A stretch of 64,000 nt of DNA from a virus (taxonomy: Duplodnaviria > Caudoviricetes): IMG/VR virus record IMGVR_UViG_3300034031_000001, positions 487-64,486 of that record; one strand, written 5' to 3'. Below the pieces are notes generated by a model. It saw nothing but the letters and a program-made list of their open reading frames with translations, ran no database searches and was not told the origin of the DNA. Of the stretch, positions 50,101 through 60,300 are shown piece by piece. Positions within the stretch are counted from its first letter, which is position 1. Each line of letters starts with the position of its first letter. Made by a program: the position numbers and the translations under genes.

Positions 50101-53100
50101 GAGAGAAATGTGCTTGACCAATTAGAGAATGAGTTCAGAATATATGGTGTAAAGACTGGTATACTTAGCTCCTCTATTGATACAATCACTGGTAAGAACA
50201 TAGTTACTGTTAACCTAGATAAGGCTAAACAAATAACTGATGGCATACTTGCTATCCTTGATAATGATGCCAGTTACAAGCAGCTAATTAAAGAAGGTAC
50301 TAACATGGCTCCAGTTAGGGGTAAGCTCCTAGAAGAGTCTATTAAGGCTATCTATGAGCATGTACTTGATACTGGTATCAACATGTCATACTCTGCATTC
50401 TCAGATTTCGCTAATAGTCACACTATTAATGATAAGAGGGATGCTGCACTTAACATACGTTCAGTATTCGTTAATGGTATCTTAGCTACACTTAGAGGGG
50501 ACAGAAATGTTGATTCTAATGAAGGTAACTTCGTATCATATAAGCAACATAATCCATTCAGTAAGGATAGGCAAACTATGCTACTGTTGGCTAAGTTTGA
50601 ACACAAGTATAGAATACAGAGACAAGCTGGTTCATATAGATTAGAAGGTAAGTCCTACTATTCTTATACCAGACATAACATGTTGTCTAGCATCTTTACT
50701 CAGATAAGGGAGATGCATGAGACTAAGGGTAAAGAAGATACCTTTGCTATGTCCAAGTTAGTGAATGATAGATTCGCGTCACATAGTAAGTATCTTAAGT
50801 TACTTAAGACTAGTTCTGCATTTAGGAAGGACTTTGTACTATCATATGAGTTAGGTGCTCGTAACACCTCCTCTGATAACCCTATCAAGCTATTGAAAGA
50901 TATGACTGATAGAGAGCACGAGATAACTAAGTTGTCTTGGTATCAAAATAATGGTAAGCAGTTTGCAGCTTATATGTATGATACTTTATCTGATAAGTCT
51001 ACTAAACCTATGATTGAGGCTAAGAGATATTCTTTTGGATTCACATTTGTTGAGGGTAGAAAGATTGGTAAATATGATATGGTTAAGCTTGCTGAGGAAA
51101 GTATGGCTGAATTATATACATACTATCAAGCTGAGTTTGACCGTATCAATGATGTACGCAAACAGAATGCTACACTACCTAAACATGAGCTTATTAAGGG
51201 CTATCATGATATAGGTAATAAAGAAGGTATGGGTAAATACTTCAACATCTTTTACTTCCTTAATAAGGCTATATTGGATGGTGAGAAGAATCCTCTATCT
51301 GGTATCATGTATAATGAAGATGGTAGCTTTAAACCTGTAACAGAGGATGTTAAGAAGGGTATTGAAGCTGAGATTAATCTTAACTTCAATTTAATCTTTG
51401 CTAAGGTTAGAGGTGACTTTGAGAGACTTAAGTTATATACTATAGATGATACTCTTGAGGGTGCTAGTGCTGCTGATAAAACTGTAATAGAGAAGTATGG
51501 TTTCAAAGCAGACCTTACTGACTTAATGGATGCTAAGTATTTCTCTGGTACTTATGACCGTGAGTTTGGTGGATTCCAACATGGTGTTGTTGAGGCCCTA
51601 GGTCTTAATGGTGACCCTATGTTATGGGAAGCTGTAAACAATGGTAGATACGAAGCTCTAGGCCCAGATGTAGTAGCTAATATAGTTGACTATGTTATTG
51701 GTGATTATCTGTTCAATACAATGATATTCTCTAATGAGATGCTTATGCTTACAGGTGACCCTGCACAGGCAGGTAAGTTAGCTGGTAAGGGAGAGATAAA
51801 AGCTATCGAGGAGAAGCATAAAGATGCTCCACTAGTTGCTGCCAAAGAGAAGCTTATAGCTAATATCAAGTCTACCTTTGTTAACTTAGGTAAGCGTAAT
51901 GCTGCATTCCTCGCCTCTGGTGAGAGTGCAATGTTTGACACAGCAGAATATAATGTATCCATAGCTAATGATATTAAGATTAACTCCCCTCAACTTGATG
52001 AGTATAAGGAGAGATTTAAAGGTAGTGAGTCTAGTATTCAGAAAGCTTATGGTGATGGTGACTTAACAGATGCCCAAGAGGTTACAACTGTTAGAGAGCA
52101 CTTACACGTAATGAAAGCTTATGGTGATATAAGCCCTATGCAATATAAGAAGGCCTTATATATCTATGATGAAGCTGACTATAGGAAAGAATTTGGTGAT
52201 GAAGATGTTGTTATAACAGCACAGGATAAGGTTAACATGATGAAGATAATCATGCAGCCTATGAAACCTGTGCAGCGTACATATGTAATTGATGGAGACT
52301 TAAAGATATCTAAGCAATACTATATCAAGACCTCCTCTTACCCTATCATTCCTGCATTAGTTAGGGGTACTCCTCTTGAGGATTTACTCAATGACATGAA
52401 GAAGAATGAGGTACAGAGGATAGCATTTGAGTCTGGTGTTAAGCAAGGTGTTGCTGGCTCTAAAGATATGTTCGATGAGAATGGTCAATACAATACCAAG
52501 TTCTTTGAGAACAATGTAAACACTCTTAACAGGTCTGGATTCAGAATCCAGTTACAAGTACCTTACAAGGCTACTAAGGGTGCTATCAGAGAGGGTACTC
52601 AGATGTCTAAGCTATTGTTCGTGGATATCAATGATAACCTTGAGGTTAGCTTCCAAGGTAAGACTGCTAAGATAAGTGAGCTACGTGAGAAGTTTGTTCA
52701 ATACCACGGAGCTATAATTGATATACAGCGCAAAAAACTGTTAGAGGAGATTGGTATACTTGAGGGAGTTGAGGAGATTACCTTTGAGTCCTACAAGAAA
52801 CTGTCTGACATACTTCGTAAGGAAGCTATGGGTAGAGGTTATGCGGGTAACTCTGTTAGAGGTCTTGAATTAGCTAACAATGGTAGATTCAAAATTCCAT
52901 TAACATTCTTACCTAATGCTGGACAGATTGAACCAGTTATCACAGCTATTGTTTCTAACCGTATTGCTAGACTCAAGATGCCGGGTAAGTCTTATGTACA
53001 GGGCTCTGAGTTCGTACTTAATAGTAAGGGTAAAGTAGCTGAGGGAACTGAGCTTGATAAGAGAGGTATAGTATGGACTAAGGCTGAGTACTCAGGTACA

Positions 53101-56100
53101 CCTAAGCTTAAGTACATGCGAGTAGAAAATGGAGAGGTTAAACCTGCTCAGATTGTAATGCCATTTTACTTCATTAATGGTGAAGAAAGAGTTGACCTTA
53201 CACAATACACTGTGTCTCAGGAAGGTAAGACTGTTCTTAATACTGAGAAGATTGACCCTGAGTTATTAGCTTTAATGGGATTCCGTATTCCATTCCAAGG
53301 TCATAACTCTGGTATGTGGTTCGAGGTAGTAGGATTCTTACCTGAGGTAGCTGGTGACTTGATATTAGTACCGGGTGAAATTGCTGGTCAGATGGGTTCT
53401 GACTATGATGTGGATAAGCTATACTCTTATATGTATGCACATTCTGTGGATGATAAGGGAGTGATTAGTAAAGTTAAGTCTACTGAACCTAGTACAATTG
53501 AGCAGTATCAGAATGCACTTATTGATATACACAAGTCAATATTTACATCAAATGACCCTGAGCTTATTAAAGCTATCCTGTTACCATTAGCATTCGATGA
53601 CATTGAAGATGCGATACAGCACCACGGCCCTATGGGTACTTCAACATTCTATGGTGCTTATGACCCTATCTATCAGAGAGATACATACTTCTCTAACCTG
53701 ATGGGTAAGGGAGGTACTGCGATATCAGCTAATGCTAATACCTCACATGCTTTGGCACAACAGTCTAATCTCTTTATTAAGGGACAAGGTGTTATGTTCA
53801 GAGATGAGAATGGTAGTAGATATGATGATAGTGTAGATAATGCAAGTGAGATAGATGACAATGGAGTTAATGAGCGCACACTGGAGACTTATGAATATGA
53901 GCAAAATGTTCCGGGTGGTGGTATGGATATCGTTGACCAAAATATAAGTGGTACTGGTGCATGGAGATTGGATAAGATATATACATTCCCTAATCCAGTA
54001 ACTGGTAAGAGGTATGTTATATCTAACATCATCTCTCAGATACTTGGTATCTCTGTGGATAATGCGAAGGAACAGAAGCTTGGTGCATTTGGTATCAACA
54101 GACATAACTTCAATACCACATTAACTATTATACGTACAGGCTTTGACCATTTCTGGGCAATGGCATTCATCAATCAACCTATCCTTAGAGAATACTATAA
54201 GAGAATAGGTGAGACTGAGGATATGTACAATGTACAGTATGTTCCTAATAAAAAGGAGAAGGTAGTTGAAGACTTATATGATGAATATGCTGCTGACTAT
54301 GGTATATCTGAAATGGATATGAAGATGGTTAAGGGCACACCTGATGTAGAGGCATTCAACTTTAAAGAGCTTAGTGAGAATATGCGTGCTAAGGTTACAT
54401 CTAATAATGCATTGATGCAAGTACAAGTACTTAAAGCATTCCTGCGTTACAAGGCTATATCTGATGCGCTACAGAATATAACATCTACATTCAATGTGGA
54501 CGTTAAGGGATTACCTAAGAATATATCTGAGACTGCTGAGAAGGAGATTGAGATATTACAGGCTCTTGAAACTAATAGTATTGGTAACATACGTAACTAT
54601 GTCTCCTCCACTATTCCGGGTCTGTTCCTAGATGTACCAACGCTGGCAACTGATATGTTCCTTAGAGGTAACAATCCAGTGTTTGCATATAAGTCTGCTG
54701 CATATCAGCAGGCTATATACAATGTTAGCCAGTACTCTGGTAGAATGGAACTGAATCAAGAGAGACTTGATACTATCCATAACAATATCAAGCAGTTCAT
54801 ATACTCAGGATTTGCATTCCCAAATGTAGATAAGTTTGATGTTGAAAGTGAACGCGCACGCCTAGTATTTGATTACGAAGCATTAGGTACTAAGTCAGTA
54901 CAAACTAGAGTCCTTGAACTTAAGGCTGACCCTAGATACTCCCGTAATGAGTTACTTGGAGCTATTAATGTCATCTCCTCTAAATTCACTGATGACCCTA
55001 AGTTAGTGGAGATACAGATGTCTAATGAGGATGATTATGTACAGAAGGTATCTGAACACTGGGAACATGCACTATATAGTGATGATGAACCAGAGTTACA
55101 ATCAGTTGCTAGAGACCTAGTAAAGTATGCCTTGTATATAATGCCACAGGAGTTTGGTACAACTAACATTATCAAGTACATTCCTTTTGGATATCTTGAA
55201 GAGATAGGTTTCACTGAACATCTGGATAACATTAATACTGAGGTACAATACTCTCATGACTTACTTGAGAACTTTGGTAAGCAATTCTTACAGCATGATG
55301 TTGACTTCTTGTTAACTGCAAGAGAGAAGCGTGACATGATTCCGGGTAGCATTATCACAAATAGTGCTGGTGTAATAGAGAAGTTTACACTTCCTGTTAT
55401 TGACCCTAAGAACTTGGGCACTGCTAGGGCATCTAGTCTTGTTAGAACTAGAGAGGTTGGTGGACAGACTCAATACTTCTACCCTAGATTCCTTGCTGTA
55501 TATATCAATGAAGCTCTAGGTAAGCAAATATATGAACAGACTATTGTAGCTGGAGTACCTACATTCTACAGAATTGAGAAGTTAAGTAGCAATGGTATGT
55601 CTCAGTATGCGATGGATAAGGCTGATGTACGTACAATTGTAGTGAGTGATTATGTTGAGGAGAAGAATATAGGAGCCTCAGCTAATGCTATCATTGCAGC
55701 TACCAATGCTAAGAGTGATTCTGTAATACAGGAGAAGAGAGATAGTAGAGATTATCTGACTGAGGGTATGAGCCCTTATGATATGCTCCACAAGATTATT
55801 ACAGTTAATGATGATATAGTTATGAGAAAGACTGTATCACCAACTAACTTGAGATATGCTGAGCTATTCTCTTGGTTAGCTAAGGAGATACAGGCTACTA
55901 ATGCAATCAATACTAGGATTATTATTGACCCTGAACATCAGACTACTGCAACTACAGCAAGTGATGGTTCAAGCATTACCTTTAATCCTACCAAGATTAA
56001 GACTGGTAGAACTGGATTGTTAACTGAGCTAGAGAAGCAACGTAGTGTACTCCATGAGTTCCTACACGTAGCTGTCTATAAGGGAGATAAGCGCACTAAA

Positions 56101-56145
56101 GAATGGGCTGATATAGTTGAAGTATGGAATACATATAGGAAATAA
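44143..56145 (+). CDS. virion-encapsidated RNA polymerase (giant cargo protein), C-terminus interrupted
   Basis: 4000 aa; GFRIPFQG, catalytic GSDYDVDK (DYDVD at 53401-53415), VDNAKE; HEFLH near the end. Confidence 0.92.
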   Translation: MGDALKKLADILASKQVESTEPVIPTPVEGGYNPNLTNDITDVIMQKYGPKVPYRVSTDPTVVTPGMPNPKYNTTDMSSINVDDEALNSTWTNAWNNFKQGIDSIQIATEFGKMNLNGVFGDAPYKILDEYDKNKATLDNLRDKGKLSAEQYNSQLEELDKNRENARRSVGKSFADIRANEVEIANEPVAKDYKIKSYLTQLQGDQSSLSDRFVYTMPQVLGSSMSLVAPQIAATFGSNITKAVIETAAASLFTEGIATAVGVIGAIGMSVAEVAYGRYQESYGEVGSTIMAAQEKMMNQYMSDNGLSSVDDIPEEIKKEIRIQSRKGADMQFKENMALAAVDIAQAILMPLSSLGGTVSMLGKTTQKVADVAEAARNYNKITRVLSTVGKFGANAMAEKFEEGFQYAAGKRAEDTIDGTGEFDSKGFIGNVFADGYDTAASLNYSLIPGIDLRGSGKYSQDKEFQFSENSGAMLGALMGAVPTGISLYKDIKGYIDTKKAVSNNGLEDVEGRLKGLKASILKTYFDKDQAHHLEQAVLSLVGKKDEQGNEILSKENATEIVQDMRQSFVMYNSITRNIERNIGKDTRMGLKSSPQLLAAKEMLKEDALKLSMNIVAKEKLLAKIGSSREAQFQSEYNAKNPRFIRENEYGDRVSQLEAINEMLDEHSNDTSSSLTPEEKRSHIQFLNDAKKGIEEELAEIKSGFESLKSAGSDMNSLVEPSADLIELDKQIYAQTMYELDARVKYAKLSKIKTREALDAYVNEAKSKPIDRNSPLKTQMNTPEPTEVPVPEPVEETEVKDNVSTTPTQTPKSTQTVTGDPVDNVDKGEGELDKEYEQALMEAGQEAKAIIETKQGAPAFEEWRALYFPDYITIPDIIGLLRFILPNDEDFIKNNFDEIQSLVKANDPSVETYEMDKVDMSLYQPTNIPPTQGDAENVDNLNQGIIDMVEEIEDTKGTPLKITSSLTLANANVAGYLNPSTNRWYNQLDDNGKIIFSENDHQQLVNTNLVNVGDTIYFKLEDVPENFNPADTSYENYDKLVIGMYARVSGDGVTQNLRIGAVHEIKSLDRLLSQYENADQINIEEERERLQSIRTTVFSGGKDATFETTVTKKGFGYLNKNSPLLQTTVANAIGKDTRPFITVLNKEKVPSLVDRDITPRYSTSDKMKAGATMIMLPNETAEGTVYMPFYLKKGKIGADTAILDKVYDSIVAFLGSADSSQLNVARDYVHISRSDSDKAALGKGGIFVGYKGDNTDISKGVQHNATVMVNNQIFDGGKIEGLREALAETYFTARGRRLTDPTYQAELMNSPILTTNITQNTVLRDRADDYTFLEPNQQYSYFSQHSIYYEGITQSLEKVEAKRTTRRTPTPEAPEVVINTSVEAIEAKRREELEANGLYNRLFPLSLDASDAEFKDIVRLKELQENINTKYDAELAALNPSRSSEYKDEVHFNKREFFVIAPAAAVRYDSETFNTTQKILEYATSERDREGAGESRKAEMQEVIDQIEKYRNYAISKNDIDDYEKNMSELAQSPEYQEWEAAQREDSIRRQIEEGPEEDDTPTKSQEDIDRELNDSGWDFGDDISDDLPQENPLDMAAMVRDLLGLEVGKRYTEEEVNAIRAALAELNADTGKFHTLITARDSSGRYAVHIHIQRDFLLDDLEEGNISPDIPLSIQRQMVESVAYMLLNNERPDSTDTEKLKNEDRVRAHIQKGVDGMRDWIKLESAKPNLTQEDLERIDNRRRIMSLNQLLLDNYDGVIAGARGFLENLGFTLGEEDDYYERLEEVIDGNDFQEFGDEASRTRNHTEDLSPEVKKLIYFIPQLRAIDPDSKVDQKWLEQQKKLNPTAEPKNYRQESNDLGLPYFNNFNDTWEKVLYVVSGAHYPPDKSGFDKMVNRLRQKDNFFVVRYLGDLLAKKETSEQIKRAFFRRANLQNQRNVTMLYNLIDVKKTPTEEELALDPFLDARPTYMGTKKTASITQADRRQAERNVLDQLENEFRIYGVKTGILSSSIDTITGKNIVTVNLDKAKQITDGILAILDNDASYKQLIKEGTNMAPVRGKLLEESIKAIYEHVLDTGINMSYSAFSDFANSHTINDKRDAALNIRSVFVNGILATLRGDRNVDSNEGNFVSYKQHNPFSKDRQTMLLLAKFEHKYRIQRQAGSYRLEGKSYYSYTRHNMLSSIFTQIREMHETKGKEDTFAMSKLVNDRFASHSKYLKLLKTSSAFRKDFVLSYELGARNTSSDNPIKLLKDMTDREHEITKLSWYQNNGKQFAAYMYDTLSDKSTKPMIEAKRYSFGFTFVEGRKIGKYDMVKLAEESMAELYTYYQAEFDRINDVRKQNATLPKHELIKGYHDIGNKEGMGKYFNIFYFLNKAILDGEKNPLSGIMYNEDGSFKPVTEDVKKGIEAEINLNFNLIFAKVRGDFERLKLYTIDDTLEGASAADKTVIEKYGFKADLTDLMDAKYFSGTYDREFGGFQHGVVEALGLNGDPMLWEAVNNGRYEALGPDVVANIVDYVIGDYLFNTMIFSNEMLMLTGDPAQAGKLAGKGEIKAIEEKHKDAPLVAAKEKLIANIKSTFVNLGKRNAAFLASGESAMFDTAEYNVSIANDIKINSPQLDEYKERFKGSESSIQKAYGDGDLTDAQEVTTVREHLHVMKAYGDISPMQYKKALYIYDEADYRKEFGDEDVVITAQDKVNMMKIIMQPMKPVQRTYVIDGDLKISKQYYIKTSSYPIIPALVRGTPLEDLLNDMKKNEVQRIAFESGVKQGVAGSKDMFDENGQYNTKFFENNVNTLNRSGFRIQLQVPYKATKGAIREGTQMSKLLFVDINDNLEVSFQGKTAKISELREKFVQYHGAIIDIQRKKLLEEIGILEGVEEITFESYKKLSDILRKEAMGRGYAGNSVRGLELANNGRFKIPLTFLPNAGQIEPVITAIVSNRIARLKMPGKSYVQGSEFVLNSKGKVAEGTELDKRGIVWTKAEYSGTPKLKYMRVENGEVKPAQIVMPFYFINGEERVDLTQYTVSQEGKTVLNTEKIDPELLALMGFRIPFQGHNSGMWFEVVGFLPEVAGDLILVPGEIAGQMGSDYDVDKLYSYMYAHSVDDKGVISKVKSTEPSTIEQYQNALIDIHKSIFTSNDPELIKAILLPLAFDDIEDAIQHHGPMGTSTFYGAYDPIYQRDTYFSNLMGKGGTAISANANTSHALAQQSNLFIKGQGVMFRDENGSRYDDSVDNASEIDDNGVNERTLETYEYEQNVPGGGMDIVDQNISGTGAWRLDKIYTFPNPVTGKRYVISNIISQILGISVDNAKEQKLGAFGINRHNFNTTLTIIRTGFDHFWAMAFINQPILREYYKRIGETEDMYNVQYVPNKKEKVVEDLYDEYAADYGISEMDMKMVKGTPDVEAFNFKELSENMRAKVTSNNALMQVQVLKAFLRYKAISDALQNITSTFNVDVKGLPKNISETAEKEIEILQALETNSIGNIRNYVSSTIPGLFLDVPTLATDMFLRGNNPVFAYKSAAYQQAIYNVSQYSGRMELNQERLDTIHNNIKQFIYSGFAFPNVDKFDVESERARLVFDYEALGTKSVQTRVLELKADPRYSRNELLGAINVISSKFTDDPKLVEIQMSNEDDYVQKVSEHWEHALYSDDEPELQSVARDLVKYALYIMPQEFGTTNIIKYIPFGYLEEIGFTEHLDNINTEVQYSHDLLENFGKQFLQHDVDFLLTAREKRDMIPGSIITNSAGVIEKFTLPVIDPKNLGTARASSLVRTREVGGQTQYFYPRFLAVYINEALGKQIYEQTIVAGVPTFYRIEKLSSNGMSQYAMDKADVRTIVVSDYVEEKNIGASANAIIAATNAKSDSVIQEKRDSRDYLTEGMSPYDMLHKIITVNDDIVMRKTVSPTNLRYAELFSWLAKEIQATNAINTRIIIDPEHQTTATTASDGSSITFNPTKIKTGRTGLLTELEKQRSVLHEFLHVAVYKGDKRTKEWADIVEVWNTYRK

Positions 56146-56816
56146 GAGGTATTCCAGTAGATGTGTTTGATGCTGAATTGTTCTCCCTGTTGAAGTCAGA
56201 TTATGATAGGGCTCGTATAAAGGATGGAGTTACAGATTCCTTTGCTTCATATGTTAGAGGACTAGTTGTTGATGAACAGAACCTAACTAACCTCCTCTTA
56301 GATATGGGTAATAGTTTATCTGCACTTGCTGCTGAGGGACTTATAAAGGATAGAAACTTTGACTTCGTAACTAATGAGGGTCGTCGTAATGATATGAGAA
56401 GACATATCTTGGATAGTTTCTTAGGTGACCTACGTGGTATGATTAACAAGTATTATGGATACCACTCTGTTGATGAGTTCGTTGTAGAGACATTAACTAA
56501 TAAGGTACTACAAGGTATGCTTATGAAGTTACCTAGTATCTGGGATAGAATGGTATCAGCCATCAAGAACTTTATACATAAGGTACTTGGTGTTGAGAGT
56601 GAGGATAGGAACCTATTAGATGATGCTGTGGATGCAGTGATGACATTCTTGAAACAAGGGCCAGCTACTGGTGCACCAGTTAGAGAGGATATTGACCCCG
56701 CTGACCCAGTAATACCTAATAACTCAAATGGAGGAAATATTCTAGATGACCTTTCAGGTTCGGGAATAATTGATTATCTTGCATCCTTAGGCGTACTAAA
56801 GAAAAACTGTAAATAA
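56139..56816 (+). CDS. frameshifted C-terminal continuation of vRNAP (second half of zincin domain)
   Basis: The -1 frame is open from 56139; contains YGYHSVDEFVVETLTN..LQ completing the HExxH domain; ends KKNCK. Confidence 0.7.
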   Translation, partial: EIRGIPVDVFDAELFSLLKSDYDRARIKDGVTDSFASYVRGLVVDEQNLTNLLLDMGNSLSALAAEGLIKDRNFDFVTNEGRRNDMRRHILDSFLGDLRGMINKYYGYHSVDEFVVETLTNKVLQGMLMKLPSIWDRMVSAIKNFIHKVLGVESEDRNLLDDAVDAVMTFLKQGPATGAPVREDIDPADPVIPNNSNGGNILDDLSGSGIIDYLASLGVLKKNCK

Positions 56817-57388
56817 TGAGTTGTAACTATGGAGTATGTGGGATATACTCCCTAATAAATAAGAACAATGGGCACTGTTACATAGGTAGCAGTGTCAACA
56901 TTGGCTTAAGATTCAATGCACATAAAAGTGAATTAAATAGAGGTAAGCATCCTAATATGATTCTCAGGAAAGCTTGGGACAAATATGGGGAGAATGCCTT
57001 TGAGATTAAGGTTGTAGCTATCTGCCCAAAGGAGTATCTGCTTAAAATGGAACAATGGTTTATAGATAACGTTAAACCTAGATATAACTATTCCAGAATA
57101 GCTGGTCGAGCAGTCACGACACACTCTGAGGAATCTAAGAGGAAGATGTCTGCTAGTAGAACTGGTAAGAGTAGAGCTTATAACCCAAAAGAAATGGATA
57201 AATTTAAGAGGCTTTGTCACGGGGAGAATCATCCACACAGGAAACTTACTTGGGAACAAGTAGTAGAAATAAGGGAGAGGTACTCTAAAGGTGAGAAGCA
57301 ACATAAGTTAGCCAAGGAATTTGGCGTTAGACAAGATAATATTTCATTAATCGTTAACAATAAGATATGGCAAACTGCAACAGTTTAA
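56816..57388 (+). mobile_element. free-standing GIY-YIG homing endonuclease with NUMOD3-like and HTH domains
   Basis: GIYSLINKNNGHCYIGSS, HSEESKRKMS, KLTWEQVVEIR..LAKEFGV..IS.IV. Confidence 0.88.
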
Positions 57389-60300
57389 ATTACAAGGGTC
57401 AAACCTACACACAAGATGAATTCCTCAGGTATGTTAAAGAGCATCCTGAGGAGTTCTCTCAATATAATACCTCCGACAGTGATATGAGCGTAGGGCAAGA
57501 AGCTGATATAATCCTGCCTATAGGAACTTCCGGTAGTGGTAAATCTACTTGGATTAAAAGTATTAATGCAACAGGTAAGTTTACAGTCATTTCCCCTGAT
57601 GAAATGCGAGTTGAATTTACAGGAGATATAAATGATAAGAGTAAAGATGATGAGATATATCAGGCTGTAAATGAGAGGGTTATTAGTGCAGTAAGAGATG
57701 GTAGACAAGTGATAGTTGATACTACTAACCTTAAAAAGGATAGGAGGAGATTCTTTATAGAAGAGGTGAAGAGAGCATTACCTGATGCTAAGATTCAATA
57801 TAAGCTTATGCCTCTGAATGCAGAGTTGGCAAAACAAAGGATTAGAGCTGATATTAAAGCTGGTGTTAATCGGGCTGATGTGCCAGATTCTACAATAGAC
57901 AGACATGCTGAGTCTTATAGGGAAATGTTAGAGGATATTAAGTCTGAAGATATGACTAATTATGATGACTCTATACATATATCAGATGATATATCCGATG
58001 ACTTATCTGAGGATGACCTTAATAATGTCAAACCTCTCCCTTTCAAGATACCGTTAGCTAAAGTTCTAGCTGGTACTAAGAGATTACTGGTACTACCTAT
58101 GAAGTATGACCTAGGTACATACAGAGTTAAGAATAAGCTTATTAATCTAGTTCCTATGAATAGGAATAAACTTACCTTACCTGAGTATTTGGATATACTC
58201 AATATGGGTAGGTCTAGCTTTGTTAAGACCTTTATTAGTTCCGACGAGACTGAGTCTGATGAGGTTAAGGCCTTCTTAGCTGGTAACTTAGAAATGTATC
58301 TCTATGGATTAGAGCACGTTACTGAGGCTGATAGTATACTTCCTACAATGGATGATAAGAGGTTCTTGAATGTATATGACAGCAAGAAGCGCCTCATAGA
58401 AAAGACTGAGCAACAGTTACGTAATGAGCCTGACCCAACTAAAAGGGAGGTGCTTAATGATAGAATATTCCTATTACAGCAACAGATGCGCGCATTAGAG
58501 GATGATGAAAATAGAACTATCAATACTATTACTGCATTCATGGATAATGATATCCAGACAGTGGAGCATGTATTGAACAATAATCCAGACTTAGCTAGCC
58601 TAGAGTATGCTCAACACCTCCTCTTCAACTATGTCAATCTGGTAACAGTAGACTTCAGAGACCTAGTAGACACATTACCTGTTGAGACTAGGGCTAATAT
58701 AACTAGGTTCGTAAGCAATGTTACAGACTTAATGCAACGTATTAAGACAGAGTTCTTAACTAGACCTGCTAGATTAGTAAAGGAGTTAACAGGTACTGAG
58801 GTACTGTTGGACGGTATGGTGATTGAGGATAAGGAGACTATTGGTAAGATTGGTAGGTTCACTAAAGATACTACTGAGAATGTCAATGACATAGTACAGA
58901 CTTTAACTAAGACTATTAAGACTGCTATTGAGCACCTTAACCTTAGGTATACATCCTTCTTATCTAAACATCAGAAGCTTGTAAAGGACTTATTAAAGTA
59001 CCAGAATGATAACGGAGTCAAGAAAGCTAATGCTTATGACTTCATGGTACAGGTAGATGACGCTGGACTTAAGACTGGTTTCGTAGTAGATAGAAACTCT
59101 GCTGCATATTATAGAGAGAGATTAGATACCCACGCTTCAGAAGAAGTGGAGGCTATCCTAAACTTCTATGCACAAGACCATAACCTTAAGATTAATGACA
59201 AGGCTTGGGATGTACGTGAGAAGAGTCTTATTGAGTATTTTAAGACCCATAGATACGATGAAGTTATCCTCAGTGAGTCTGATATGGCTAAGGGAATAGA
59301 GTTCTCAGAGAAGCTTGAAAAGGCTGCACAAGCCTATGCCTTAAAGAGGAACCCTTATACAGCCAAGAGAATAATTGAGAAGTACAGAACTGACCCTACA
59401 TCTGTTGATGTCAGAGAGAAAGGTTCATTCATGACCTTTGTGAAGTCAGGTATGTACTATGAGAAAGTGGATGGTGTTAAGATGCAACCATTGGAGTTAA
59501 TTCCAACTGGTAGATGGATTGACCCTAAGTATAGTGAGATTCAAAGTATGAGTGCCACTGACCCACGCAAAGTATTCTATGACCACTTCATGGCTAACCT
59601 AGTTAAAGGGAGAGAAGCTGTATCTATTGAAGACTTCTACTTACCTTGGAACTATATTCCTGAGAAGAGTAAGAGACTACCTATTGGAGGTAACTTAAAG
59701 GAGTGGTTGAAGGATAGGAGTAGCCAGTTCATTACTGACAACTTTGCGCAATCAATCTCTGAGAATGAACAAGTTGACCCATTCACATTAGAAGTATCTA
59801 AGAAGATACCTAGATATATGACTGCGGGTAACTTACATCCAGATGATAAGTCATATGATTTAGGTGATGTACTAGGTGACTTCATGAGAGAGGTTATGAA
59901 CTTTGAGGAAAAGAAAGCTATTGAGGATGACACTAACCTCCTCTTAATGCTACTCAAGGAACAACCCATTGTAGAACTTGCTCCAGATGGTAGTAAGAAG
60001 GTTAATCCTGATGGCTCATATAGAGTTAAGGAAGGATTATCCGTTAACTACTTAATGAGTTTGTATAGAGTTAATGCTCAGCTGTATGATGAGAAACAAG
60101 ATAGAGAGAGTGTAAGTAAGTTTAAAAGAATGGATGTGGCCACTAAAAAGAGAGTCACTGAGATTGAAGCTAAGCTTGCTGCCATTGAGATATCTCCTGA
60201 GGATAAGGAGAAAGCACTTGAGCTATTCCATGAGGATATGCCATATGTAGGTAACAAGCTTGAGATAGCTGACTACATATCTCTACTAAATCAGCGTAAG

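Noticed and set aside
37248-57388. Group I introns or inteins around the two GIY-YIG genes or within TerL
   Set aside because: Both endonucleases overlap their flanking genes leaving no room for intron core RNA; TerL has normal length and no intein motifs.
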